Shown: positions 28,225 through 38,307 of the stretch, piece after piece | How the letters are laid out: every line of letters begins with the position of its first letter | Numbering within the stretch: position 1 is the first letter of the stretch | Assembly: GCA_963737065.1 (NCBI GenBank) | Contig: CAVTRC010000001.1 | Location: 2,080,001 to 2,144,000, forward strand | Length of the DNA: 64,000 bases | From: Candidatus Eremiobacteria bacterium | GTDB lineage: Bacteria > Vulcanimicrobiota > Vulcanimicrobiia > Vulcanimicrobiales > Vulcanimicrobiaceae | Direction: 5' to 3' | Notes under the pieces: generated by a model | What the model was told of the DNA's origin: nothing | Databases searched by the model: none | Seen by the model: only the letters and a program-made list of their open reading frames with translations | Made by a program: the position numbers and the translations under genes

Positions 28225-28941
28225 CTATCTCAGCAGCGAGCGCCGCGCCGGACGCAGACGCAGGTTCTCGAGGCTAACGATTCCTTCGACAACAGCCGGA
28301 ACGAACCGTTCGTGAACGATACGTTGACATTGCCCCAAGTCGTCGAGCGAACCGCACAGCCCGCATGCGACGAACGCGTATTCGTTCTCACGAACGGGAA
28401 GCTTCGGAAAATCGTTTCGGCGTTCTTCCGTGATGAAATACGAAACGCCGTTCGCCGCAGTCGAAATAAGCGGAAGGGCGTCACGTTCGAAGGCGGTAAC
28501 GGTTGCTTCGCTCGCGGGCATTTCGAGCATCATCACGCAGACCCAAAGAAATCCTTGCACCTGGTCGTGCGCCGAGCGTTGGGGACGGACCATTCCGCGC
28601 AGATCAAAACCGCTTCTTTCTCGCGCGGGCCGCAAGAGCAACACATCGTCCGAATCGATCATGGTATCGTTTGCCGCATCGCGGTTCGCCCGCCATGCAT
28701 CAGACTCCACATAGAATGCCGTCAATGCAGCCGCGCGATCTTCGAATCGCGGAAAACCGCGGAGCCAGACGAATGCATCATCATTGTCGAGATCACGGTA
28801 GTGCCCGAGCGGGACCATCCCGCACGCCTCTTGAGTTTCGATGAAGTGCTCCTCGAAGAGCGCGACCAGATCGTCACGGCGGCCGGGCTTCATCCGGTAA
28901 CGCCGTAGTTCGATCGTCGCGAGCGCTGCGCCCGTAATCAT
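28225..28941 (-). CDS. NIPSNAP family protein
   Basis: IELRRYRMKPGRRD..LFEEHF, FVWLRGF, ANDTMIDSDDVLLLRP. Confidence 0.85.
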   Translation of the reverse strand: MITGAALATIELRRYRMKPGRRDDLVALFEEHFIETQEACGMVPLGHYRDLDNDDAFVWLRGFPRFEDRAAALTAFYVESDAWRANRDAANDTMIDSDDVLLLRPARERSGFDLRGMVRPQRSAHDQVQGFLWVCVMMLEMPASEATVTAFERDALPLISTAANGVSYFITEERRNDFPKLPVRENEYAFVACGLCGSLDDLGQCQRIVHERFVPAVVEGIVSLENLRLRPARRSLLR

Positions 28942-29426
28942 GGGCGCGTGAACTCCATGACCCAATTCGTTTGCCACGTCGCACGCGCGTCGGTAGAAAA
29001 TGCTTGCTCCCAGCGGCAGCCGGCGTTCCACGCTTTAGTCCATCGGTATCGGCAGACGATCGGGGTGCCGTCGTACTCTTCGTTGCTGAAGAAATCACCA
29101 ACGCCGTCGTCGTCGAACGCGCCGACGTTCGGCACGGTCACGAGTCCGCGCGGCGCGCTTGCCCAATAGAGGCTCCACAAGCCCGAATCGCGGTCGTACA
29201 GGCGCAGTGTCATGCCTTCGAAGGGGCCGTCGGGCGAGTCACCGTTGAATTCGTCGATGTTGCCCTTTCCGCCCCACAGCGGTCGTGCAACGGCTGACGT
29301 TTCGAACGTGTACCATACGTCTGTTCCCGAGAGCGGTTCGCGCAAACGGCGGTGCGCGACGCGCCACGCGCCATAGAGAAAGTCAAAGTCGCGCTGACCT
29401 TCGCGCGCCAAATGCGGCTTCATCAT
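28938..29426 (-). CDS. DUF1579-like conserved protein
   Basis: DFDFLYGAWRVAHRRL, WEQAFSTD..TWQTNWVMEF. Confidence 0.75.
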   Translation of the reverse strand: MMKPHLAREGQRDFDFLYGAWRVAHRRLREPLSGTDVWYTFETSAVARPLWGGKGNIDEFNGDSPDGPFEGMTLRLYDRDSGLWSLYWASAPRGLVTVPNVGAFDDDGVGDFFSNEEYDGTPIVCRYRWTKAWNAGCRWEQAFSTDARATWQTNWVMEFTRP

Positions 29427-29449
29427 ACGCTCAGGGTAGCCGCGGGCAG

Positions 29450-29468
29450 TGGCCCTAGGAAAGAGCCA
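29450..29468. promoter_or_regulatory. Putative MocR operator in the divergent intergenic region
   Basis: TGGCCCTAGGAAAGAGCCA, an imperfect TGGC..GCCA palindrome next to a MocR gene. Confidence 0.4.
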
Positions 29469-29494
29469 CGAACCGCTAAAATGACGGTACCACT

Positions 29495-30994
29495 ATGCCG
29501 TTGATCGTCGTCGACCGGAACTCGAACGTCCCGTTGCATCGCCAGGTCGCCTCCGGTTTGCGCGACGCTATCCTGCGCGGCCGGCTTGCCGCAGGCGAAC
29601 GTATCGTTTCCAGCCGCGAGCTGCAATCCGAGCTCGGCGTTTCGCGCAACACGATCGTCGACGCGCTCGGACAGTTACATGCCGAGGGGCATCTCGTTAC
29701 CGTGCGAGGCGTCGGTACATTCGTCAGCGACAATATTCCCCGCGCGCAAACGAATGGTCGCGCGGCACGTCGATTTACACCGTCATCGGATGCGGAACGC
29801 TACCTGGACGTCCGTGAGCTTGCGAGCAACGCAAGCATCACACGCCCGTTCCGTCCTTGCATTCCCGCATTGGATGCATTTCCGGTGTCCGACTTCAGAC
29901 GTTCCCTTACGCGCGCTGCGTCCGACACTGCGCTGCTCGACTATCCCGATCCGCAGGGATATGCGCCGTTGCGCGCACAGATCGCGAGCCGCGTCGCCCA
30001 GACCCGTGGCGCGTTTTGCTCGCCCGATCAAGTGTTCATTACAAACGGTGCTCAGGCCGCGTTTATCCTCATCGCGGACGCGTTGCTCAAGCGCGGTGAC
30101 CGTATCGTTATGGAGGATCCCGGGTATCCGAATGCACGCGCCGCCTTCGTCGCTCGCGGCCATCGCGTGATTAGCGTGGCAGTTGATGATCACGGTATCG
30201 ACGTTGAGGCGTTCGCTCGCCGAAACGCGAGGATCGCCTATGTGACGCCGTCGCACCAGCTTCCGTCCGGCGCCGTTCTCGCGCTCGAGCGGCGATTGAA
30301 ACTGCTCGACTGGGCGGAAGCGCGCGACGCATGGATCGTGGAGGATGACTACGACAGCGAGTTCCATTACACGAGCCGCGCCTTACCGTCGCTCTACGCG
30401 TTGAGCGAGCGCCAGCGCGTCGTCTACGTGGGGACGTTCAGTAAAGTACTCTCGCCCGCGCTGCGCATCGGATATGTAATCGTGCCGCCGATTCTGCGTG
30501 ACGTGTTTTCTGCTTGCCAAGCGGTAACGGGAGGCGTGCCGAGCGCGTTGCTGCAAGCGGCGCTCGCGGATTTTATGGAGCGCGGGCACTTCGCGCGCCA
30601 TATCCGCAAGATGCGGACGCTGTATAATGAACGTCGCGCGCACGTACAGGAACTGTTGCGAAAGACCGCGCTCTTCTCCGTTGCAGATACCGGCGCCGGA
30701 TTGCATTTTGTCGCGCTGCTCAACGCGCAGGTCGAGGACCGCGTTCTCAGTGCCGAAGCGCGAAAGGCGGGCATTGTGGTACCCGCGCTATCGACGTTCT
30801 ATTTCGAGCAGCCCGCTCAAAACGGATTGATCTTCGGATACGCGGCGACGGCGCTCGCGCAATCACGGCGCGCACTCGCAGAACTCGTCTCGCTAACCCG
30901 AAGCCTCGCCACGATGCGCTGCTGCACGGACGGTTGCGCTCATTCGAATCCCGAACGGCATCGGGCTGAACGATGCCGCTGTGCGCAGCGTTGA
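29495..30994 (+). CDS. MocR/GabR-family GntR regulator with PLP aminotransferase domain
   Basis: GntR HTH (SRELQSELGVSRNT), YVTPSHQLP, IVEDDYDSEF, GTFSKVL.PALRIGY. Confidence 0.94.
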   Translation: MPLIVVDRNSNVPLHRQVASGLRDAILRGRLAAGERIVSSRELQSELGVSRNTIVDALGQLHAEGHLVTVRGVGTFVSDNIPRAQTNGRAARRFTPSSDAERYLDVRELASNASITRPFRPCIPALDAFPVSDFRRSLTRAASDTALLDYPDPQGYAPLRAQIASRVAQTRGAFCSPDQVFITNGAQAAFILIADALLKRGDRIVMEDPGYPNARAAFVARGHRVISVAVDDHGIDVEAFARRNARIAYVTPSHQLPSGAVLALERRLKLLDWAEARDAWIVEDDYDSEFHYTSRALPSLYALSERQRVVYVGTFSKVLSPALRIGYVIVPPILRDVFSACQAVTGGVPSALLQAALADFMERGHFARHIRKMRTLYNERRAHVQELLRKTALFSVADTGAGLHFVALLNAQVEDRVLSAEARKAGIVVPALSTFYFEQPAQNGLIFGYAATALAQSRRALAELVSLTRSLATMRCCTDGCAHSNPERHRAERCRCAQR

Positions 30995-31007
30995 CGGCGA
31001 ACGGGAT

Positions 31008-32252
31008 CTAAGCAATCGCGTGCGCGAACGCGTCCTGATCGGTGGCAACGTAAAAGCGGTTTTTCGTCTCGCTCACGGCGGGCGCCCACGGATCGATTTG
31101 CTTGCGCGTGACGGGATCGTGAATCGTGGGTCCCGCCGCATCTTTATAATTCGAACCCCCAAACGGATCGAACGACGTACTCTCACGATGGGCCAGTACG
31201 AGGCTGTTAACGGCCGCCGACGCTTTCGCGGCATCGGTACGAACCGCGTCGCTCAACCGCGCGTCGCTTGCGATCCGGTCGTAGACGGCAATCGCGGGAC
31301 GATCGGCGTGCCACGGCATGTCGGGCGTCGCATCGGGAAAACGAACCATCCCTTGCACATCGCCGACGTCGCCACGCAACGCGCTGCGAGCGCTGGAATC
31401 TTTCGCGGCCGATGTCGCATCATCGTTGAACGTTCGGATGGCACGTTCGGCGGTCGCGAGTTTCGCGGGCGCGAGGTCGAGTACGTCGAACGCCGCAGCG
31501 GGCGCGAACGGTTCGAACCCCGGCCCGGCGTAGCGCGTGTTCATTACGGTGTCGACGACCGCACTTGCCATCGCTTTCCCGTCGCCCGTATTCCGTGCGA
31601 TCGCCTCGGCAACGGTCGTCGGAACGCCGGGTGAGACCATCGTTTCGGGGCTTGCTGCGAGATACTTGACGCCAGCGTGCGAGAGCGCGTCAGCGAAGCC
31701 GAGCGTGGACATCAAGCATTGATTCGCAACGACACCGTCGACGTTGCGATTGGCGTCTTCGGGATGCTGCTTGGCGTGGATCGCTTCGCCGTTGGCGATC
31801 GCGTTAGCGATCGACTGCATTGGCATGATACCGCCGTAGGAGTCCGCTTCAAGTCCGCCGCCGTCCCCTGCGCCATGATCGACGAGATCGATCCACGTTT
31901 GTTTGGCGCCGCTCCTTTCGGCATTGTCGAGCGTTTGCGCGACGAACTTCGCAAGATTCTCCGGGTCCGCCATATCCGCCGCCGAACCACGATGGAGCTG
32001 GCGCTTCGCACCACCGTCGAGCGTGTACGAATCCGTAACGGCGTCACCCCGAGTGAGAACCGTGTCACCCTGAGCTTGTCGAAGGGCGCTCGTCGTGTTT
32101 TCAACCGTGAACTGAATCGACCCGTCTGCACGACTCACGTCCCGCGCCTGCGTCAGAACGTTTGTTTGAGAATCGTCGAGATTGTTATCGCCGTCGCGAT
32201 AGATTCCAAATTCAAGCGCGCGCCCTGTCTCTGGCGCCAGCGTAACCTGCAC
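31008..32252 (-). CDS. Clostripain-like (C11) cysteine peptidase, no signal peptide
   Basis: YRDGDNNL, DHGAG (His), NQCLMS (Cys), YLAASPE. Confidence 0.7.
   Translation of the reverse strand: MQVTLAPETGRALEFGIYRDGDNNLDDSQTNVLTQARDVSRADGSIQFTVENTTSALRQAQGDTVLTRGDAVTDSYTLDGGAKRQLHRGSAADMADPENLAKFVAQTLDNAERSGAKQTWIDLVDHGAGDGGGLEADSYGGIMPMQSIANAIANGEAIHAKQHPEDANRNVDGVVANQCLMSTLGFADALSHAGVKYLAASPETMVSPGVPTTVAEAIARNTGDGKAMASAVVDTVMNTRYAGPGFEPFAPAAAFDVLDLAPAKLATAERAIRTFNDDATSAAKDSSARSALRGDVGDVQGMVRFPDATPDMPWHADRPAIAVYDRIASDARLSDAVRTDAAKASAAVNSLVLAHRESTSFDPFGGSNYKDAAGPTIHDPVTRKQIDPWAPAVSETKNRFYVATDQDAFAHAIA
32068..32086 (-). repeat. Short palindromic element copy 2 (intragenic)
   Basis: Minus strand CCCTTCGACAAGCTCAGGG(TGACA), read in frame as LRQAQGD. 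Confidence 0.6.
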
Positions 32253-32746
32253 GTTTTTCTCCTTAAGGAAGGCTTTGTGCGAAGCTACTGCGCGAAAACG
32301 ATATGGCTACAATACCCGGAGCATTCGCGTCGGTGCGGTCCCAACTGCTCGAAGCCGAAGTATTTCATTGCGGATCACCTTCCACGCTGTGATTGAGCAG
32401 GCTGATAATTGCAGTCGCAAGCCTGCTGGGGTCGGATTCCCTGACGACCTTCGCGATTGGCGGAACAACGTACAAGCTTGCTGGTGGATCTGCTTCCGCA
32501 TGTGCTTGTTCATAACGGCCTGGAGACTGCTTTCGGATCCGCCGAAGCGCGCGGCCGGATCTGAGCGACTGGGTGCCGCAAGGAATCCGCCATGACGACG
32601 CCGGTTCGACGAAGCGCCATCACCGCTTACGAATGGAAACGCTATCGCGAAGCTTCCACCGCTCTCGTGGATGTGTAGATTCGATTCAGCGCGCGCCAGA
32701 ACGAATGTACCTTGCCGGCGGTTCGTATGTTGACTCTCGCTAGCGG

Positions 32747-33265
32747 ATGCACATTAATATCGATATGAAGACCGCGAGAGTCACTGATGGTCCTCGACGG
32801 GCCGTGCCGCGCTTGGCTTCGGCTCTGACCTTGCTCACAGTTTCCCTCGCATGCTCGCAGATGAGCATGCCTGTAGAAGGCGCGCAAAATAGCCCGAAGT
32901 ATGTGTATCCTACAGATCATATCTACGCATACCTCGACCCTCAAAGACCAAGCGATGCATCAAAGCTCAGGATCGCGAATGGTGTCGTGGAGAATTTCGG
33001 CTATAACGACGTCCCGCCGTTTATGCTACTTGCGATCAGAACGCAAGGCAGTGTCCTACACTACTTCGTATCGTCGGCGGCCACGATAAACGGGGAGCGT
33101 CTGCAGTGTGGCTCATCGGTTGTCGTCGCGGGCAGAAAATTATGCAAGACTATTCCGATCCTCGCTCCAGGCACCACGGTGGCCTTGCTATGGTGGTCGC
33201 CCGGCATCTCTGGATGGGACAATGTTCTCGCAACGGACGCAATTGTTATAGTTTCCGCGCAGTGA
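32747..33265 (+). CDS. Hypothetical exported protein
   Basis: 172-aa ORF with a hydrophobic signal-like segment in a compositionally atypical stretch. No family recognised. Confidence 0.4.
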   Translation: MHINIDMKTARVTDGPRRAVPRLASALTLLTVSLACSQMSMPVEGAQNSPKYVYPTDHIYAYLDPQRPSDASKLRIANGVVENFGYNDVPPFMLLAIRTQGSVLHYFVSSAATINGERLQCGSSVVVAGRKLCKTIPILAPGTTVALLWWSPGISGWDNVLATDAIVIVSAQ

Positions 33266-33393
33266 ACAGTGGCGGAGTTGCCCCGGTTTCGCGGATAAGT
33301 CTGATTTGGACATCAAGCGGCGGTTGAGCGTCACCCAGTTAGTAGACCGGCGCGGCGCGATCCTAAGTAGCCTCACAAGCCGATCTCAGTAAT

Positions 33394-34185
33394 TTAGTGC
33401 GGTCCGGGCGTTGCGACCGGCGGAATGTTCGGACAGTCGTCGTGCAGTTTCGTAGTGCCCGTCTCACGGCTGTAGCGCATGATGTACTGAACCGTATCCG
33501 GCTCCGATGCGCGTTGAGCGGGCGGCGGAAATTGAAACAGCATCGGCGCGGAAGAGCTGTGGAACGGATCGTCGATCTCCGATTTGAAGTGCCATGTCCA
33601 ATCGAGATCGACCGTTTGAGAACTGCCGTCGGCATAGTGGACGATCGCCTTGACGTTGTTGCGATCCCACGTACGCGTTGCATCATCGTACGCGGCGTCG
33701 CCGTTCGAAATAAAATCGACGGCGCCGCACGGCGCGCCGCCTCCGCCGGCCCCGTTACCGGCGTTGCCGGTGCCCGTTCCGTTGGTTCCATTGCCCAAGC
33801 TTCCGGCGCCGGCGATGCGTCCCGCGCCCGCGCCTTGCGCGCCGGTCGGCACATCCCAAATCGGTTTCGTCTGATAGTGCACCTTGGGCGGCTTGGGCCT
33901 CGCCGCACCGGCATGTTTAATCGCTTCTTTGCGCGCGGATTTCCCCTCCGGCTTCGGAATAATCGGCGCGAGCGTCGGCGTGACGTTGTTCTTCGTAACG
34001 GCCACGGCATGCGGCGGTGGCGTCGGTGTCGGCCGAGGAGTCGGCGTCGGGGTCGGCTTCGATACCACGCGCATAATCGCCACGCGCTCGATGACTTCTT
34101 TTTTGTCCGGAAGCGGTCTGAGAAAGGGCGGAATCACACCGGCGACAATTTCGTGCAATGCGATCGAGCACGCAATCGCGACCAC
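33394..34185 (-). CDS. Membrane-anchored Pro/Gly-rich (TonB-like architecture) hypothetical protein
   Basis: N-terminal SIALH anchor, PTPTPTP linker, Gly-rich GNGTNGTGTG. Start uncertain. Confidence 0.6.
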   Translation of the reverse strand: MVAIACSIALHEIVAGVIPPFLRPLPDKKEVIERVAIMRVVSKPTPTPTPRPTPTPPPHAVAVTKNNVTPTLAPIIPKPEGKSARKEAIKHAGAARPKPPKVHYQTKPIWDVPTGAQGAGAGRIAGAGSLGNGTNGTGTGNAGNGAGGGGAPCGAVDFISNGDAAYDDATRTWDRNNVKAIVHYADGSSQTVDLDWTWHFKSEIDDPFHSSSAPMLFQFPPPAQRASEPDTVQYIMRYSRETGTTKLHDDCPNIPPVATPGPH

Positions 34186-34361
34186 AATGCGCCGGGTATA
34201 CGTATGTCCGAAAACCGAGGCCAGCCATCCGATTGATGACTCGGCATCGTGGAGTGTTGCGCGTCTACTCAGGGTGCGTTGCCTATCCTGCGTTTTCGAC
34301 TATAGCACCTGGTTGATGAACGAAGAGGCTGATCCCGCCGTTGCTCGAATCCCCGTTCCCC

Positions 34362-34874
34362 GTGAACCTCGAGGATTTGATTCGCGCGATTCCGGATTTT
34401 CCGATCCCCGGCATTCTGTTTCGCGATATCACGCCGCTTCTAAAGGATAAGCAAGGCTTTAAGGAAGCGATCGATCTTTTCGTCAGCCGGTTCAAGGATA
34501 AAGGAATCGATTATGTCGTCGGTGTCGAGGCGCGCGGGTATATGATCGGCGCGCCCCTCGCATATGCGATCGGCGCCGGATTCGTGCCGATTCGCAAGCC
34601 CGGTAAGCTGCCGTACAGCAAGCTTTCCGAATCGTACGCACTTGAATACGGTACAAATTCGCTTGAGATTCACGCAGATGCGCTCAACCAGGGCGAGCGC
34701 GTCTTGGTCGTTGACGATTTGCTCGCGACCGGAGGCACCGCTGCCGCCACGTGCCGTCTGCTCAAACGTCTGGGCGCGCGGGTCGAAGCGTTCGCGTTCC
34801 TCATTGAACTCGACGCCCTCAAAGGGCGTGCGGCTCTAACCGACGTCGATGTTGTCTCGTTCATTCATTATTAG
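34362..34874 (+). CDS. apt: Adenine phosphoribosyltransferase
   Basis: IPDFPIPGILFRDITPLL, EARG, RKPGKLP, VDDLLATGGT. Confidence 0.96.
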   Translation: MNLEDLIRAIPDFPIPGILFRDITPLLKDKQGFKEAIDLFVSRFKDKGIDYVVGVEARGYMIGAPLAYAIGAGFVPIRKPGKLPYSKLSESYALEYGTNSLEIHADALNQGERVLVVDDLLATGGTAAATCRLLKRLGARVEAFAFLIELDALKGRAALTDVDVVSFIHY

Positions 34875-35295
34875 CGTAGTTGCGGTCCTCGCAATGATTG
34901 CCGCCATGCCTACCGGCGTCGATGCGCGCGGGAAGCCCGCGCCGGCCGCGTCACCGTCGGCGCCGCCGGAAGATCCGGCGATTACCGCGGTGGCTCGGCG
35001 CGAATTCGTCGCGTGGCAGGCGGGCGTGGTTACGGCCAGTCGCTACGCGGAGCAAGCGCAAAGCGGCCTCACCGCCGACCACATTGCGACGACGTCGAAA
35101 GAACTCGGTCAAGCCGGAACGCTTGAAAAAACCGACTGGATCGGTCCCGTGATTGTCGACGACGCGCCGCCCGGTACGCGCGGCTATTGGTACAAGATGA
35201 CGTGTGAAAACTCGGCCGTGTGGGAGCGTCTCATCATCGGTCCCGACGGAAAAATCGACGGGATTGTCTTCCGCGACAAACCGCCAGCGCAATAG
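34849..35295 (+). CDS. Hypothetical secreted protein
   Basis: Signal peptide and Pro-rich linker. Co-oriented between apt and rel. Confidence 0.6.
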   Translation: MLSRSFIISVVAVLAMIAAMPTGVDARGKPAPAASPSAPPEDPAITAVARREFVAWQAGVVTASRYAEQAQSGLTADHIATTSKELGQAGTLEKTDWIGPVIVDDAPPGTRGYWYKMTCENSAVWERLIIGPDGKIDGIVFRDKPPAQ

Positions 35296-35398
35296 TGTCG
35301 TTTAGCAACTTCACAAGCCGCCACGCGAAGCGAGTGAAACCCTTGAGCCGCGGCGTCGCGATATGAGAGTATAGACCGATACTGAAGACACGCCGAAC

Positions 35399-37570
35399 AT
35401 GACCATCGCTCAACTTATCGCCGCCGTTCAAGCCTACGATCCCTCGATGGAGGGAGAGTGGCTGCGGCGCGTCTACGAGGTTGCGGATCGCGCCCACGAA
35501 GGGCAGCGGCGCGCTTCGGGCGAGTCATACATCGAACATCCGCTTGCCGTCGCCGGCATCCTAGCCGAGCTCGAGATGGACCGCCACACGATCGCCGCGG
35601 CACTGTTGCACGACGTGGTGGAAGATACGTCGATTACGAGCGAACAAGTTACCGCGGAGTTCGGCGATGAGATCGCGACGCTCGTCGACGGCGTTACAAA
35701 ACTGACGCGCATTCCGTACCAATCGAAGGAAGACGCGCAGGTCGAAAACCTGCGGAAAATGTTCATGGCGATGGCGCGCGACATCCGCGTGATCATCATC
35801 AAGCTTGCCGATCGCCTCCACAACATGCGTACGCTCGCGAGCCTGCCGCCGGCGAAGCGGCAAGCGATCGCGCGGGAAACGCTCGACATCTATGCGCCGA
35901 TCGCACATCGCCTCGGCATCTGGAAGATCAAATGGGAGATCGAGGACGAGTGTCTCAAATACCTTGATCCCGATTCCTATCGCGAGATCGTCGAGCGGGT
36001 TGCAAAGACGCGGCGTGAGCGCGAGAACGACGTGCGCGACGCGATTGCGCGCTTGCGTGACGAGTTCAAAGAACTGAGCGTCAACGCCGAGATCCAAGGA
36101 CGGCCAAAGCACTTTTATTCGATCTATTCGAAGATCAAGAAGGGCCGCGACTTTTCCACGATCTACGATTTGACTGCGATCCGCATCATCGTCGATTCGG
36201 TCAAGGATTGTTACGCCGCGCTCGGTGCCGTCCACGCGATGTGGACGCCGCTGCCCGGACGATTCAAAGACTACATCGCCATGCCCAAGCCGAACATGTA
36301 CCAGTCGTTACATACGACGGTCGTCGGGCCGCACGGCGAACCGCTCGAGATTCAGATTCGCACGTGGGAAATGCATCGCACGAGCGAATACGGCATCGCC
36401 GCGCACTGGCGCTATAAAGAAGGCAGCAAAGCGGATCAGTTCGAGAACAAACTCTCGTGGCTGCGCGCCCTGCTCGAATGGCAAAAGGACATGCGCGATT
36501 CCCGCATGTTCATGGAGAATCTCAAGCTCGACCTTTTCGATTCGCAGGCCTTCGTCTTTTCACCGCGCGGCGACGTATTCTCGATGCCCGCGGGCGGTAC
36601 GCCGCTCGACTTTGCGTATCTGGTGCACACCGACGTCGGCAACCATTGCGTCGGTGCGAAAGTAAACGGCCGGATCGTTCCACTCGACTACACGCTGCAA
36701 AACGGCGATATCTGCGAGATTCTCGTCAATAAATCGAGCGGCCGTCCGTCGCTCGACTGGCTCTCCGTCGTCAAGACGTCGAGCGCCAAGCACAAGATCA
36801 AACAATGGTTCCGCAAAGAGCAGCGAGAGGAGAACGTGCTCGCCGGCCAAGAGGCGGTCGAGACGGAGCTCGCGCGCGCACATCTGCGTCCCGATCTCGC
36901 GCGCGGCGAATTGATCGAGCGCATCGCGCATCGGATGAATCACGTTTCGCCGACGGATCTCTTCGCCGCAATCGGTTTTGGCGACGCTTCCGCGCAAGCG
37001 GTCGTCAATCGCATCCGCGACGAGGCGAAAGTCGACAACGTCGTCGATTTCTCCCAAGTTCGCAAACCGGTCGCGCGCAAAGCGACGAAAAAAGCGACCG
37101 GCGTGCGCATCGCCGGCGTCGACGACGTGCTCGTGCGGCTTTCGAAGTGCTGTTCGCCGGTGCCGGGCGATCCGATCATCGGGTACGTAACGATCGGACG
37201 CGGTGTGAGCGTCCATCGCGCCGATTGTCCGAATGTCGCATACATGACCGCAACGCCGGAACGCATTCTCCAAGCACAGTGGACCGACAACACCGACATG
37301 ACGCACGCGGTCGACGTGGAAGTGGAAGCGGAAGACCGCTCGCAGTTGCTGCAAGACATCATGGCCGTCTTTGCCGAGCTGAAGACGACCGTCTCGTCGG
37401 TTACAGCGCGCGTTCGCCGCGACGGTGGCGCGGTTACGTCGCTTACGATGCAGATCCGCGATTTGGACCACTTGCACAAAATTCTTACGAAACTCGGCGC
37501 CTTGAAAAACGTGCGCCGCGTCTACCGCGTTACAAAGCGCGAAAAAAGCGCCTCCGGCGTTTCATCCTGA
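35399..37570 (+). CDS. relA: Bifunctional (p)ppGpp synthetase/hydrolase (long RSH)
   Basis: HD domain LLHDVVEDT, KLADRLHNMRTL, RFKDYIA.PKPNMYQSLHT, TGS, CCSPVPGD, ACT. Confidence 0.97.
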   Translation: MTIAQLIAAVQAYDPSMEGEWLRRVYEVADRAHEGQRRASGESYIEHPLAVAGILAELEMDRHTIAAALLHDVVEDTSITSEQVTAEFGDEIATLVDGVTKLTRIPYQSKEDAQVENLRKMFMAMARDIRVIIIKLADRLHNMRTLASLPPAKRQAIARETLDIYAPIAHRLGIWKIKWEIEDECLKYLDPDSYREIVERVAKTRRERENDVRDAIARLRDEFKELSVNAEIQGRPKHFYSIYSKIKKGRDFSTIYDLTAIRIIVDSVKDCYAALGAVHAMWTPLPGRFKDYIAMPKPNMYQSLHTTVVGPHGEPLEIQIRTWEMHRTSEYGIAAHWRYKEGSKADQFENKLSWLRALLEWQKDMRDSRMFMENLKLDLFDSQAFVFSPRGDVFSMPAGGTPLDFAYLVHTDVGNHCVGAKVNGRIVPLDYTLQNGDICEILVNKSSGRPSLDWLSVVKTSSAKHKIKQWFRKEQREENVLAGQEAVETELARAHLRPDLARGELIERIAHRMNHVSPTDLFAAIGFGDASAQAVVNRIRDEAKVDNVVDFSQVRKPVARKATKKATGVRIAGVDDVLVRLSKCCSPVPGDPIIGYVTIGRGVSVHRADCPNVAYMTATPERILQAQWTDNTDMTHAVDVEVEAEDRSQLLQDIMAVFAELKTTVSSVTARVRRDGGAVTSLTMQIRDLDHLHKILTKLGALKNVRRVYRVTKREKSASGVSS

Positions 37571-38307
37571 ACAACGCACTCGTTGCGATTGGCGCCGCGT
37601 TTTTTGCCGGAGCGATGAACAGCGTCGCCGGCGGCGGCAGTTTTCTTAGCTTTCCGTCGCTCATTTTCGCCGGGGTGCCCTCCATACCGGCGAATGCGAC
37701 GAACAACGCCGCGATGTGGGTCGGCACGTTCGGGTCGGCGCGCGCGTATTGGCCGGACGTCAAACCGCACAAACGCATGCTGTATTCCGTTGTCGCGGTC
37801 AGCGGCATCGGTGCGCTGATCGGCGCATGTCTGCTGCTGCTCACGCCCGCGGCCACGTTCAATCGATTGATTCCGTGGCTGTTGCTCTTTGCGACCATTG
37901 TGTTTGCGCTCAGCCCATTCTTGACGAAGCGGCACGAGCGCGATCCGGAGTATCACGGATGGCAGCTGATCGTCCAGTTCATCGTGTCGGTCTATGGCGG
38001 CTATTTTGGCGCCGGCATGGGGATTTTGATGCTCGCCGTGCTCTCATTCTCCGGGCTGCCGTCCTTCAATGCGACCAATGGAATGAAGAACGTGCTGAGC
38101 GTCGCGATCAACGGCGCTGCGCTCATTCCGTTTTTAGTTGCTCGCGTCGTTGACTGGCGATTTGCGATTCCGATGTGCGTGATGGCACTGCTCGGCGGAT
38201 ACTTTGGCGCGAAATTTTTTCGACGCGTTCCGCAACGCGTTGCGCGCGCAATCGTCATCACGATCGGTGTCGCGATGACGATCGTATTCTTCCTGCGCGC
38301 AGCTTAG
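37567..38307 (+). CDS. TauE/SafE sulfite exporter family protein
   Basis: AGAMNSVAGGGSFLSFP, YGGYFGAGMGIL. The apparent CTG start overlaps the relA stop. Confidence 0.88.
   Translation: MNNALVAIGAAFFAGAMNSVAGGGSFLSFPSLIFAGVPSIPANATNNAAMWVGTFGSARAYWPDVKPHKRMLYSVVAVSGIGALIGACLLLLTPAATFNRLIPWLLLFATIVFALSPFLTKRHERDPEYHGWQLIVQFIVSVYGGYFGAGMGILMLAVLSFSGLPSFNATNGMKNVLSVAINGAALIPFLVARVVDWRFAIPMCVMALLGGYFGAKFFRRVPQRVARAIVITIGVAMTIVFFLRAA

Noticed and set aside
32253..32746. Possible ncRNA in the long intergenic region
   Set aside because: Only isolated short hairpins, with no tRNA, riboswitch or other recognisable RNA signature.
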